Shown here: positions 9,309-19,082 of the stretch, one piece after another
Layout: every line of letters starts with the position of its first letter
Numbering within the stretch: position 1 is the stretch's first letter
Source: Desulfobacterales bacterium
GTDB taxonomy: Bacteria; Desulfobacterota; Desulfobacteria; Desulfobacterales; UBA2174
Reading direction: 5' to 3'
Length of the DNA: 64,000 nt
NCBI GenBank assembly: GCA_963668645.2
Contig: CAXXWC010000006.1
Location: 156,386-220,385, forward strand
The notes under the pieces: model-generated
What the model was told of the DNA's origin: nothing
The model's input: the letters and a program-made list of their open reading frames with translations, nothing else
Databases searched by the model: none
Program-made: the position numbers and the translations under genes

Positions 9309-10469
9309 ATGATCGAACTGAGTAAAGAAATCCAGGCCATCCAGAAAGTCGCCCGTGAATTTGCCCGCAAGGAGGTCCTGCCGAGGGTGGCCGAAGACGA
9401 AAAGAACCACACTTTTCAAAAAGACCTGGTCCTCAAAATGGCCGAACTCGACTTTTTCGGCTGTCCGATTCCAGAGGCCTACGGCGGCAATGAAATGGGC
9501 TTTCTGGCCCACACGGTGCTCACCGAAGAAATCTCCAAGGTCAGCGGGTCGCTGCGCGCCGCCTTCAACATGCAGACCATGGGCACGGCCAGGGAGATAT
9601 ACCAATTCGGCACCGACCCCCAGAAACGCCGCTATATCGAGCCGCTGGTAAAGGCCGAAACCCTCGGGTGCATCTGCATCACCGAGGCCGACGCCGGTTC
9701 GGACGTCGGCGGCGTGAAGACCGTGGCCGAAAAACGCGGTGACATCTATATACTCAACGGCTCGAAGAACTGGATCACCTACGCCCAGGTCGCCGATGTG
9801 GGCCTCGTATACGCCTATACCGACCCGTCAAAACGCTACAAGGGGATGTCGGCCTTCATCGTCGACATGCACTCACCGGGCGTCAAGGCCGGCGCCACCG
9901 CCGAAAAGCTCGGGTGGCGGGCCTGCCCCACCGGGGAGCTCTTTTTCGACAACGTCGAGGTGCCGGCGGAAAACCTGCTTGGCGGGGTGGAGAACCAGGG
10001 CTTCAAGTTCGTCGTCTCCGGGCTCAACAACACGCGTCTTTCCGCATCGGCCGGAGCCCTAGGCGTCAGCCAGGCGCTAATCGAAGAGTCGGTCCGCTAT
10101 GCCAAGACGCGCGAGCAGTTCGGCCAGCCGGTGGGCCAGTTTCAGATGGTCCAGGAGGAGCTGGCGCGCATGATCGCCGAGACCGAGGCGGCCCGGCTGC
10201 TGGTCTACCAGTCCGCCATGCAAAAGGACGCCGGTATTCTCAACAACACCCGCGAGACGGTCATCGCCAAATACTATGCCTGCGATGTGGCCAGCCGCGT
10301 GGCCGACTGTGCCCTGCGCATTCACGGCGCCTACGGCTACTCGAGTGAATACCCGGTGGAACGGCTGCTGCGCGACGCCAAACTCTACCAGCTGCTGGAA
10401 GGATCGGCCAACATCTGCAAGATGGTCATCGCCACCGACGCCCTGGGCTATCGCAAAGCGAATCGTTAA
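9309..10469 (+). CDS. acyl-CoA dehydrogenase, non-decarboxylating glutaryl-CoA dehydrogenase-like
   Basis: ITEADAGSDV, catalytic Glu in LLEGSANICKM, SLRAAFNM and an ending LGYRKANR resembling (from recall) Desulfococcus glutaryl-CoA dehydrogenase Acd. Confidence 0.8.
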   Translation: MIELSKEIQAIQKVAREFARKEVLPRVAEDEKNHTFQKDLVLKMAELDFFGCPIPEAYGGNEMGFLAHTVLTEEISKVSGSLRAAFNMQTMGTAREIYQFGTDPQKRRYIEPLVKAETLGCICITEADAGSDVGGVKTVAEKRGDIYILNGSKNWITYAQVADVGLVYAYTDPSKRYKGMSAFIVDMHSPGVKAGATAEKLGWRACPTGELFFDNVEVPAENLLGGVENQGFKFVVSGLNNTRLSASAGALGVSQALIEESVRYAKTREQFGQPVGQFQMVQEELARMIAETEAARLLVYQSAMQKDAGILNNTRETVIAKYYACDVASRVADCALRIHGAYGYSSEYPVERLLRDAKLYQLLEGSANICKMVIATDALGYRKANR

Positions 10470-10476
10470 ACCAAAA

Positions 10477-10508
10477 TCCCTGCCCCAAAGGCAGGGAATT
10501 TTATTTTC
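10477..10508 (+). terminator. probable intrinsic terminator
   Basis: TCCCTGCC-ccaaa-GGCAGGGA followed by ATTTTATTTT. Confidence 0.65.
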
Positions 10509-10639
10509 CTCCAGATGAATGCTATTTAATTTCTTCATCTGCCATTAGATGCTGTTTGGCAGTCCGCCGGGGTGCGAAGCCCAATTTACCAAGTTTGCGC
10601 CCGAATCATTAAACATTCTAAAAGATCAGGAGGCCGAAA

Positions 10640-11590
10640 ATGAAAAGACAAGCCGTAATCGCGTCAGTGGTGTTGCTGGCCCTTGCAATCGTATTTGCCG
10701 GCGTTCAACCTGCCTCGGCTAAACCGGTGTTCATCTCCATCGGTACCGGCGGCACGGGAGGCACCTATTTTCCCACCGGCGGAGCGGTGGCCGACCTGAT
10801 CACCAAGGAATGCCCATCGGTCAAAAGCGCCACGGCCGAAGTGACCGCCGCCTCGGTGGAAAACGCCAAGCTGGTCAACTCGGGCGATGCCGACATGGGC
10901 CTGGTGGCCTGGATCTCCATCGTAGGCCAGAAACTCACCGACAAGCTGCCCAACCTGCGCACCCTGTGGTGGATTCACGGCAGCGACCGCCATTGGATCG
11001 TGCCGGCCGACAGCGACATCCATAGCCCCCGCGATTTCAAGGGGAAGAAGGTGGTGGTCGGGGCGCCTGCCAGCGCCACCGAGGTCACCTCCCAGCTCGA
11101 GCTGGCTTTCTTCGGCGTGAAGTATGAAGATATCACACCGGCCTACCTTTCTTTCCGTGAAGGCGTCGAAGCCCTCAAGGACGGCCGCGTGGACGTCGCC
11201 CTGGTCATGGCCGGGTTCCCCAACTCGGCCGTCACGGACGTGGCGACCCTGCGCAAAGTCCGGATCCTGAACTTCTCCAAGGAGGACCTGGAGGCCCTGG
11301 AAGAAAAGTATCCCTTCTGCCCACCGAAAGTAATCCCGGCCAACACCTATCCGGGCCAGACCGAGGACGTGCATACCTTCACCACCCCCGGCCCCATGGC
11401 CATCAACAAGGATGTACCGGAGCAGGCCGCCTACGAAATCGTCAAGGCCGTGCATCAGAACATAGACAAGCTCGCCAAGAACACCCACAAAGCCTTCGGT
11501 CTGTGGCGCTTCGATCCTTCGGTGGGCAAACTGGCCCCCCTGCACCCCGGTGCAGCGCGTTATTACAAGGAAATCGGGATGTTGAAATAA
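10640..11590 (+). CDS. TAXI-family TRAP solute-binding protein
   Basis: Signal peptide, ISIGTGGTGGTYFP, ASVEN and PLHPGAARYYKE. Confidence 0.93.
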   Translation: MKRQAVIASVVLLALAIVFAGVQPASAKPVFISIGTGGTGGTYFPTGGAVADLITKECPSVKSATAEVTAASVENAKLVNSGDADMGLVAWISIVGQKLTDKLPNLRTLWWIHGSDRHWIVPADSDIHSPRDFKGKKVVVGAPASATEVTSQLELAFFGVKYEDITPAYLSFREGVEALKDGRVDVALVMAGFPNSAVTDVATLRKVRILNFSKEDLEALEEKYPFCPPKVIPANTYPGQTEDVHTFTTPGPMAINKDVPEQAAYEIVKAVHQNIDKLAKNTHKAFGLWRFDPSVGKLAPLHPGAARYYKEIGMLK

Positions 11591-11665
11591 ACCGCAATAC
11601 CACCGGTTGAACCCCAACCTGCTCCCAGTCCGCCGGCGTCCGGCCGGCGGGCGGAAGAGGTCTGA

Positions 11666-12133
11666 ATGCGTATCTTCACCCTGATGCTGACGCTCTGTGC
11701 CCTGCTGGCGTCTCCGGCCGCGGCGGCCCAAGTCGAACTGCAGTTGAACGACACCACCGCCGGACGCACGGTGTTTCACCAGCGCCTGGCAGCAGGCAGC
11801 CGCTTTACGCTGATCTACCGCCACTCGGTGGAAAAATCGCTGGTGGATGAGGTGTACGAGATCGCGGCAGACGGTTCGATCTACCTGGTGGAAACCACGG
11901 TGCGCGCTTCGGGCTATGGCCTGCCGGAATGTGCACCGGGGCAGAACTGCATCGCCCACGACGACGCCGTTACCTTTCCCGGCCTGCACCTGAAGGTCGA
12001 CGATCTGATCATGCGCGTCAGTTATTTCAACGACATGTGGCTGATCTTCGCCAATACTGCCGTGAATCTGCCGGAGGTCGCGCCACGCGGCCACCGCATC
12101 CGGGTGGAAACCCGGCCGGCCGAGGCGTCTTAA
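11666..12133 (+). CDS. DUF1850-like periplasmic protein
   Basis: Signal peptide, FTLIYRHSVEK...E.Y and GYGLP; lies between TAXI SBP and permease. Confidence 0.75.
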   Translation: MRIFTLMLTLCALLASPAAAAQVELQLNDTTAGRTVFHQRLAAGSRFTLIYRHSVEKSLVDEVYEIAADGSIYLVETTVRASGYGLPECAPGQNCIAHDDAVTFPGLHLKVDDLIMRVSYFNDMWLIFANTAVNLPEVAPRGHRIRVETRPAEAS

Positions 12134-12160
12134 TCGGAATCATTGCAGGAGAAAAGGACC

Positions 12161-14062
12161 ATGCCTCAACGCCCCCAAACGCCACGAGACCTCTTCCAGA
12201 AACTAACCCTGCTGGTCGGGACCGGGGCGGCGCTGTTTCATATCTACTTCAGCACCTTCGGTCTGATGTCGACCATCACGGTCCGCAGCGGTCATCTGAT
12301 CTTCGCCATGGTGCTGATCTTTCTGACCTATCCGGTCATGACGAAGTTGCCGGCACGCTCCAGGGCCGTGCGCTCGGCGGCAAGAGGGTTCGACATGCTG
12401 CTGGCCGCGCTGTCCATCGTCACGGGGCTTTACATCATCATCATCTACCCCGACCTGAATGAGCACTTGGGCAACCTGACCATCTGGGACAAGGTGCTCG
12501 GCGGGATCATGGTTCTGCTAACCCTGGAGATCACCCGCCGCACCATCGGCAACACCCTGACCATCATCGCCGTACTGTCGCTGGCCTATGCCTACTTCGG
12601 CCCGTACATGCCTGATTTCATGGCCCACCGGGGGTTCAGCATCGAGCGCATGATCAGCCAGATGTACTGCACCCTGGAGGGGATCTACGGCATTCCCATC
12701 GGCGTCATGGCGACCTACGTGTTCCTTTTCGTGCTTTTCGGCGCCTTTTTGCAAAACACCGGCGCCACCGATTTTTTCATCGATCTGGCCTACGCCCTCA
12801 CCGGCCAGTACGTCGGCGGACCGGCCAAGACCGCCGTGCTCGCCTCGGGCCTGATGGGCTCGGTCTCCGGCAGCGCCATCGCCAACACGGTGACCACCGG
12901 CTCGATCACCATTCCTTTGATGAAAAGCGTCGGCTACCGGCCTGATGTCGCCGGCGGCATCGAGGCCGCGGCCTCCACCGGAGGCCAGATCATGCCCCCG
13001 CTGATGGGCGCCGGGGTCTTCATCATGGCCGAATATACCGGCATCCCGTATCTGAAGATCATGATGCTCTCGATCATCCCGGCCATCCTCTACTACGCCA
13101 CGGTCTGGATCTTCGCCCATAACGCGGCCCTGGCCATGGGGCTGCGCGGACTGCCCAAGGATCAGCTTCCCAGTTTTAAAGCGACCCTCAAGAAGGGCTA
13201 CATCTGCCTCGTCCCCCTGGCGCTGCTCATCGGTCTGCTGGTCAGCGGTTTTTCCCCGACCATCTCAGCCAGCATCTCCACCCTCCTGGTCTACCTGATG
13301 AGCTTCATCCGGCGCGAAACCCGCATGAGCTTTCTCAAACTGCTGGAAACCATGGAGATGGCCGCCAAGATGGCGGTGAGCATCTCGGCGGCCTGCGCTG
13401 CGGCCGGCCTCATCGTCGGCGTGGTGGGGCTTACCGGACTGGGGCTGAAATTCTCGGGCATGGTCCTGTCGGTGGCCGGATCGAACCTGCTGCTGGCCCT
13501 GATCCTGATCCTGCTCGCCTCGCTGGTGCTCGGCATGGGTCTTCCGGTGACCGCCTCTTACATCATGCTGGCCGTGCTGGCGGCCCCAGCCCTGCTCGAA
13601 CTCGGGGTTCCCCTTCTGGCCGGCCACCTGATCATCTTCTGGTACAGCCAGGACGCCAACGTGACCCCGCCGGTCTGCCTGGCCGGCTACGCGGCGGCCG
13701 GCATCGCCGGTGCCAACCCCATGCGCACCGGGATCCAGGCCTGGAAGCTCTCCAAGGGGCTCTACCTTATCCCCCTGCTCTTTGCTTACCAACCGGAGAT
13801 CCTCTTCACCAAGGGAACCCTGCCCGCCCTCGGGGTCGCTGTCACCGGACTCATCGGCCTGGCCGCCGGTGTGGGAGCCCTGGACGGTTTTCTCGTGCGG
13901 CGGCTGAACCTGCTGCTGCGGCTTATCCTGGCCGGGGTCACGGTGAGTATCTTCTGGCCCAGCCGCTCGCTGAGCATCGCCGGCTCCCTGGTATTCATCG
14001 CCATCTACCTAGCCATGAAGTATTCCAATAAACGGCGGACCGCCGAGGTTCCAACCGCCTGA
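12161..14062 (+). CDS. TAXI-TRAP fused permease (4TM/12TM)
   Basis: GGPAK.AV.AS, SGSAIAN..TG, EAAASTGGQIMPP.MG, LGMGLPVTASY and TPPV. Confidence 0.93.
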   Translation: MPQRPQTPRDLFQKLTLLVGTGAALFHIYFSTFGLMSTITVRSGHLIFAMVLIFLTYPVMTKLPARSRAVRSAARGFDMLLAALSIVTGLYIIIIYPDLNEHLGNLTIWDKVLGGIMVLLTLEITRRTIGNTLTIIAVLSLAYAYFGPYMPDFMAHRGFSIERMISQMYCTLEGIYGIPIGVMATYVFLFVLFGAFLQNTGATDFFIDLAYALTGQYVGGPAKTAVLASGLMGSVSGSAIANTVTTGSITIPLMKSVGYRPDVAGGIEAAASTGGQIMPPLMGAGVFIMAEYTGIPYLKIMMLSIIPAILYYATVWIFAHNAALAMGLRGLPKDQLPSFKATLKKGYICLVPLALLIGLLVSGFSPTISASISTLLVYLMSFIRRETRMSFLKLLETMEMAAKMAVSISAACAAAGLIVGVVGLTGLGLKFSGMVLSVAGSNLLLALILILLASLVLGMGLPVTASYIMLAVLAAPALLELGVPLLAGHLIIFWYSQDANVTPPVCLAGYAAAGIAGANPMRTGIQAWKLSKGLYLIPLLFAYQPEILFTKGTLPALGVAVTGLIGLAAGVGALDGFLVRRLNLLLRLILAGVTVSIFWPSRSLSIAGSLVFIAIYLAMKYSNKRRTAEVPTA

Positions 14063-14131
14063 GCCCATCAGGCCTTGCGGGCTTGCGCCGGCGCCCGGGA
14101 AGCAGGCCCGCAAAGGCAAAAGGATACGAGG

Positions 14132-14716
14132 ATGGAAAAGACCACCCAGGCCGTGATGAACGCTTTTCCCCGCCTGCGCGAAATCGCTGGCAGCAAGTTG
14201 CGCGAGCAGGTTTGCGGCGCCTGGCTCAAGGCATGGGAAGCCTCTGACTGGCCGCACCTTGAGTCCGTCAGCCAGTGGGAGCCGGCACGCGAGTCCCTGG
14301 GCATCTCCAATGTGGACCATACCAACGGCGTGGTGGAATGCGCCCTGGCCATGGCCGGCGCCCTCCAGTCTTCCCAGTCGCTGCGCATAGACCGGGATAT
14401 CCTGATCGCCGCCGCCGTGCTCCACGATGTGGACAAGATTCGCCTTTTTCATGCCGCCGATGGACGGCCCACCGATCTTGGCCGGCGGCTCGGCCACGTG
14501 GCCACCGGTGTCCATCTGGCCATGGCGGCCGGCCTGCCGGTGGCGGTGGTGCACGCCATCGGTGCCCATTCGCCCAACTATTCGAAGATCACGCCGCAAA
14601 CCGTCGAGGCGTTGATTCTCAGACAGGCCGACGACCTCTTTACCCGCACCTGGCTCATGCAGCGCGGCCGGGCGGTTTCTTTCGAGATGCCCCAAGCGGT
14701 GGAAACAACTAACTAA
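14132..14716 (+). CDS. HD-domain metal-dependent hydrolase
   Basis: H...LHDVDK...GH...HAIGAH...AD pattern of HD/HDIG proteins. Confidence 0.8.
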   Translation: MEKTTQAVMNAFPRLREIAGSKLREQVCGAWLKAWEASDWPHLESVSQWEPARESLGISNVDHTNGVVECALAMAGALQSSQSLRIDRDILIAAAVLHDVDKIRLFHAADGRPTDLGRRLGHVATGVHLAMAAGLPVAVVHAIGAHSPNYSKITPQTVEALILRQADDLFTRTWLMQRGRAVSFEMPQAVETTN

Positions 14717-14742
14717 AAATCGAGATTTCAAAGCCGCCCGAC

Positions 14743-15879
14743 ATGCACACCGACCACCAGGACAACATCAACGCCACACCGCACCTGGCCGAACTGCGGC
14801 AAAGGCTCCGGGATTTTGTCAATGCCCAGGCGTTTCCCGCCATTTTGGACCACGAGTCAACATCCACCTTCCCCTTCAAAGTGTTTCGTCAAACCGGAGC
14901 AGAAGGATTTTTCCGCGCCCACCTGAAACCGCAGTTCGGCGGCGCCGGCCTTGGCGTGCCAGGATTTTGCATCGTCAGCGAAGAACTGGCCAAGGCCGGT
15001 GCCGGCATGATTCACAACGGCCACTTCCAACTGATGGAGATGCTGGTGGAGTTCGGCACCCCTGCCCAACAGGAGCGCTACTTGGCGCCGCTGTCGCGGG
15101 GCGAGGCCGTCGGGGCCATGGCGATCACCGAGGCCGAGGTCGGATCGAGTTTTCGCCGGATGCGAACCCGCCTGCTGGAGGCCAAGGGCGGATGGCGCCT
15201 CGATGGCGAGAAAGTCTTCATCAACGATGCCGCCGAGGCAAATCTTCTGGGTGTCCTGGCACGCCACGGCGAAGGTTTTACCATGGTCATTTTGGAGCAG
15301 CCCACCGACGGGTTTACGATTACCGGGCGGCTCGATCCGCTCGGCCTTCGCAGCTCTCCGCTGTACAACCTCGCCTTTGATGAGTGCCCCATCCGTGCCG
15401 GCCATGTCCTGGGGCCTGCGGGCCAGGGGTTGGGCGTGTTTCTGTCGGCCTTTAATTTCAGCCGCCTGGGCAACGCCAGCGCAGCCCTGGGAATCGCCTC
15501 GGCGGCCTTCGCCAAAGCCCTGGAATACTGCCGCCAACGGCGCATCGGCGGCCAGCCGGTGGCCGGATTCCAGGGCCAGCGCTGGAAGATAGCGGAAATC
15601 AGCACCCGATTGACGGCCGCCCGCCTGTTGCGCGACTATGCCGCCCGGACCACCGATCAGAGCGGCAAGAGCGGCCTGCTCTCATCCCAGGCCAAGCTGC
15701 TGTGCGTCGAAACCGCCCAGGAGGTGGTCGGCGCCGCGCTGCAGCTCACCGGCCGGTACGGATGCCTGCGCGACAGCCTCTTCGATCTTTACCTGCGGGA
15801 TGTCAAGGCCCTGGCCATCGCCGGCGGCACCCTGGAGGTGATGAAAAACACCATCGCCCGTGAGCTTGTCGGATTCTGA
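14743..15879 (+). CDS. acyl-CoA dehydrogenase-fold flavoprotein lacking the canonical catalytic Glu
   Basis: AITEAEVGS, GEKVFI, LGLRSS and FQG..W; IAGGT in place of IYEGT. Confidence 0.82.
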   Translation: MHTDHQDNINATPHLAELRQRLRDFVNAQAFPAILDHESTSTFPFKVFRQTGAEGFFRAHLKPQFGGAGLGVPGFCIVSEELAKAGAGMIHNGHFQLMEMLVEFGTPAQQERYLAPLSRGEAVGAMAITEAEVGSSFRRMRTRLLEAKGGWRLDGEKVFINDAAEANLLGVLARHGEGFTMVILEQPTDGFTITGRLDPLGLRSSPLYNLAFDECPIRAGHVLGPAGQGLGVFLSAFNFSRLGNASAALGIASAAFAKALEYCRQRRIGGQPVAGFQGQRWKIAEISTRLTAARLLRDYAARTTDQSGKSGLLSSQAKLLCVETAQEVVGAALQLTGRYGCLRDSLFDLYLRDVKALAIAGGTLEVMKNTIARELVGF

Positions 15880-15880
15880 A

Positions 15881-17434
15881 ATGGATACCATCGGAGCATT
15901 GCTGGCCGGCAAGGCCCGCAGCCACGCAGATCGAACAGCCCTGTTTTACCAACAACAGCGCCTGACCTACCAGGATCTTGAAATCGCCGCCAACCGCATC
16001 GCCAATGCCCTGCAGGCCCGGGGCGTGGGCCCGGGCATGCATGTGGCCCTGATGCTGCCCAACGGGCCCGATTATCTCGGATGCTGGTTCGCCCTGGCCA
16101 AGCTGGGCGCCGTCACCGTCGCCATCAACACCGAGTTGCAGGGAGAAACCCTATTGCACCTGCTCGGCTGCAGCGACAGCCGCTTTCTGATCCTGGCCGA
16201 ACGCTTCCGGCCACAGTGGGAGGCGGTGGCGCCCCGGTTGCCCTGGGTGCAGGTCCTGGCCTGGGACCGTGCAGCCGATCCCCAGGCCCTGGCCGCCATC
16301 TACCCCCAGCTGGAGCCAGAACTGATCGACCCGCCGCAGGTGGTGGACACCCAACCCCTGATCCTGACATCCACCTCGGGAACCACCGGCATGCCGAAAC
16401 TGGTGGCCAACAGCCACCGGGCCTATCTGCAGGCGGCCCGTGACCTGGCCGCCGCTGTGGAAATTACTCCCGAGGACCGGATCTTCACCGCGCTTCCCCT
16501 CTACCATGCCAACCCCCAGGTCTACTGCGTGCTGACCGCCCTGGCGGCCGATGCCGCCATGGCCCTGGCCCCGCGCTTCAGCGCCAGCGCCTTCTGGTCA
16601 CAGGTCGCCGCCTGTCGCGCAACGGCCTTCACCTACGTGGGCGCCGTCCTGCCGATCCTGCTCACCCGCCCGCCGGCGGATGCCGACTGCACCCACACGG
16701 TAAAAAAATGCTTCGGCGGCGGTGCGCCCAAAGAGGTCTTCGACGCTTTCTCGGAACGTTTCGGGGTAGAGGTTCTGGAGCTTTACGGGATGAGTGAAAC
16801 CGGCACCTGGAACACCCTCAACCGTCCCGGGCAGGCACGCTCCGGAAGCGTCGGCACGATCCGTCCCGGTTTCAAGGTCCGCATCGTGGATGACCTGGAC
16901 CATCCCCTGCCCCCCGGACAGGTCGGCGAGATCGTCATCCGGCCGCAGGCCCCATTTTTGATGTTCGACGGTTATTACAACGACCCGGCCGAGACTTTCG
17001 CCTGCTCGCGCAACTGGTGGTTCCACACTGGCGACTTGGGACGGATGGAGTCCGACGGCTATTACTATTTTCATGGGCGCAAGAAGGAGGCCATCCGCCG
17101 CGGGGGGGAAAACATCGCCCCCGAGTCCATCGAAAGGGCCGCCAACACCCATGCGGCCGTGGCTGAAAGCGCTGCCGTCGGGGTTGCGGACGCGATCCTT
17201 TACGAGGAGATTCGACTCTTCGTGGTTCCACGCGAAGACGGCACCCTGGACCCGCAGTCCCTGGCCGATCATCTGGCCGCCATGCTGCCCAGGTTCATGC
17301 GGCCCCGCTACATCGATGTGGTCGGCGCCCTGCCCAAATCGGCATCCGAGAAAATCCGGCGGCTGCACCTGAAAAAACGCCCGCTCACCGATGCGACCTG
17401 TGATCTGGCTGGAGGACAACATGACAAAAAGTGA
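15881..17434 (+). CDS. AMP-dependent acyl-CoA ligase (CaiC-like)
   Basis: TSTSGTTGMPK, LPLYHAN, YGMSETG, WFHTGDLG, RRGGENI and LPKSASEK. Confidence 0.92.
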   Translation: MDTIGALLAGKARSHADRTALFYQQQRLTYQDLEIAANRIANALQARGVGPGMHVALMLPNGPDYLGCWFALAKLGAVTVAINTELQGETLLHLLGCSDSRFLILAERFRPQWEAVAPRLPWVQVLAWDRAADPQALAAIYPQLEPELIDPPQVVDTQPLILTSTSGTTGMPKLVANSHRAYLQAARDLAAAVEITPEDRIFTALPLYHANPQVYCVLTALAADAAMALAPRFSASAFWSQVAACRATAFTYVGAVLPILLTRPPADADCTHTVKKCFGGGAPKEVFDAFSERFGVEVLELYGMSETGTWNTLNRPGQARSGSVGTIRPGFKVRIVDDLDHPLPPGQVGEIVIRPQAPFLMFDGYYNDPAETFACSRNWWFHTGDLGRMESDGYYYFHGRKKEAIRRGGENIAPESIERAANTHAAVAESAAVGVADAILYEEIRLFVVPREDGTLDPQSLADHLAAMLPRFMRPRYIDVVGALPKSASEKIRRLHLKKRPLTDATCDLAGGQHDKK

Positions 17435-19013
17435 TGCGGTGGATGTCGCCATCATCGGCGGCGGCCTGGCCGGGATGGCGGCCGCAGCGGCAGCCTGCAA
17501 CGAGGGGGCCCAGGTGATGATCGTGGACCGCTCCACCCTGGGCCTGGCCACCAACACGGCGATGGCCAACGGAGTCTTCTCAGGACCGACGGCGGCCTAC
17601 CCGGCCGAAACCTATCTGGCGGACACGCATCGCATCGGCAAGGGGCTTGGGCGCCCCTGGATGGCCCGGTGCATCGCGGCCGAACTTGATGCAGGAATCG
17701 GCTGGCTGCGCGGTTTGGGCATCGATGTGGCCGAGAAAAAAGACCATTACTTCATCGTCGGCGGCCCCGCCGATCCGTTTCCGGGCGCGTCCCTGGCCCG
17801 GCGGGTGGCAGCCCACGTGCGCGGGTTGCCCGGAATCATGGTTCGCGCCGGCGCCTGCGTACAGCAGGTGGCGACCGCCGGCGGGAGGGCTGTGGGCGTA
17901 TATGGCTTCGACAACCAGGGAGCGCCCTTTTTCCTCCGCGCCGGGGCGGTCGTGCTGGCCGCGGGGGGGGCCGGGGCCCTGTATCTTCGCAACGACAACC
18001 AGAAATCGGCCCTCGGCCAGGGGTACGCCCTGGCCCTCGAAGCCGGGCTGGCGCTATGGGATATGGAGTTCATCCAGTACTACCCGGTGGTTATGGCCCA
18101 GGACCGGCTGCCGGCGATGATGCTCAATTCTCCCCATCCCGAGGGAAGCCGCATCATCAACGCCGCCGGCGAGGATCTGGCCGCCAAGTACGCTATCCAC
18201 GACATCAACGACCCCATCCGCAACCAGCGGGACTGGCTCTCGGCCGTGCTTTTCGAGGAGTGCAAAAAAGGCGAGGTCTTCATGGACTACCGCGCCGTTG
18301 CCGCCCCCCACTGGGAACGCCACCCGCTGGTGCTGCTCAAAAACCGCCGCTTCGACTTCCGCCACCGGCCGGTGGCCATCTCGCCGGCAGCCCATTTCGT
18401 CATGGGCGGGGTGCGCACCGACGAGACGGGCGCCACCGACCTTGGGGGCCTCTTTGCCTGCGGCGAGGTGGTCTGGGGGCTGCACGGGGCCTGCCGCAAG
18501 GGCGGCAACGCCCTGTCAGAATGCCTGGTCTTCGGCCGCCTGGCCGGCCGCCACGCCGCCCGCGAGGCGCTGGACACCCCTGGTGCCGGCCAGCGCAGCC
18601 CGGTGCCCGCCGCGGTAGCGACCGGGATCGGGGAGACCCGCGACACTTTTCTGCCGCCGCGGGAGCTGCACCGCCGGATCCAGGATTTGGCATGGCGCTG
18701 TGCCGGCGTGGTGCGCGAGGCGGCCGGGATCGAGGCCGGCTTGGCGGACCTCTCCCGCCTTGCGCCACAGATCGAAGCCCTGCCATGCGCCTCGGCCCGG
18801 GATCTGCGGGTCCGTTTCGATCTGGGGAGCATGGCCCGGGTGCTCCAGGCCATCCTGGCGGCCAGCCTCGCCCGCCGCGAAAGCCGCGGCTGTTTTTTGC
18901 GCAGCGACCACCCGGACCAGGACGACGCCGGCTGGATGAAAAACAGCCGCGTCTCGGTCTCGGCAGGAAAGGCGCCCCTGGCGGTGACCCATGTACCGGC
19001 CGAGGATTTTTGA
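17421..19013 (+). CDS. SdhA/FrdA/NadB-family FAD-dependent oxidoreductase
   Basis: GGGLAG, VVLAAGG, DMEFIQYYP, AHFVMGG, GLFACGEV, HGACRKGGNAL and RRESRG...RSDHP. Confidence 0.85.
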   Translation: MTKSDAVDVAIIGGGLAGMAAAAAACNEGAQVMIVDRSTLGLATNTAMANGVFSGPTAAYPAETYLADTHRIGKGLGRPWMARCIAAELDAGIGWLRGLGIDVAEKKDHYFIVGGPADPFPGASLARRVAAHVRGLPGIMVRAGACVQQVATAGGRAVGVYGFDNQGAPFFLRAGAVVLAAGGAGALYLRNDNQKSALGQGYALALEAGLALWDMEFIQYYPVVMAQDRLPAMMLNSPHPEGSRIINAAGEDLAAKYAIHDINDPIRNQRDWLSAVLFEECKKGEVFMDYRAVAAPHWERHPLVLLKNRRFDFRHRPVAISPAAHFVMGGVRTDETGATDLGGLFACGEVVWGLHGACRKGGNALSECLVFGRLAGRHAAREALDTPGAGQRSPVPAAVATGIGETRDTFLPPRELHRRIQDLAWRCAGVVREAAGIEAGLADLSRLAPQIEALPCASARDLRVRFDLGSMARVLQAILAASLARRESRGCFLRSDHPDQDDAGWMKNSRVSVSAGKAPLAVTHVPAEDF

Positions 19014-19082
19014 GATGATACGGAAAATCGCGCCGGGGCATGAGCCGTTACCTCAATTGCACCGGGCCGGAAAAAGGGGAGA

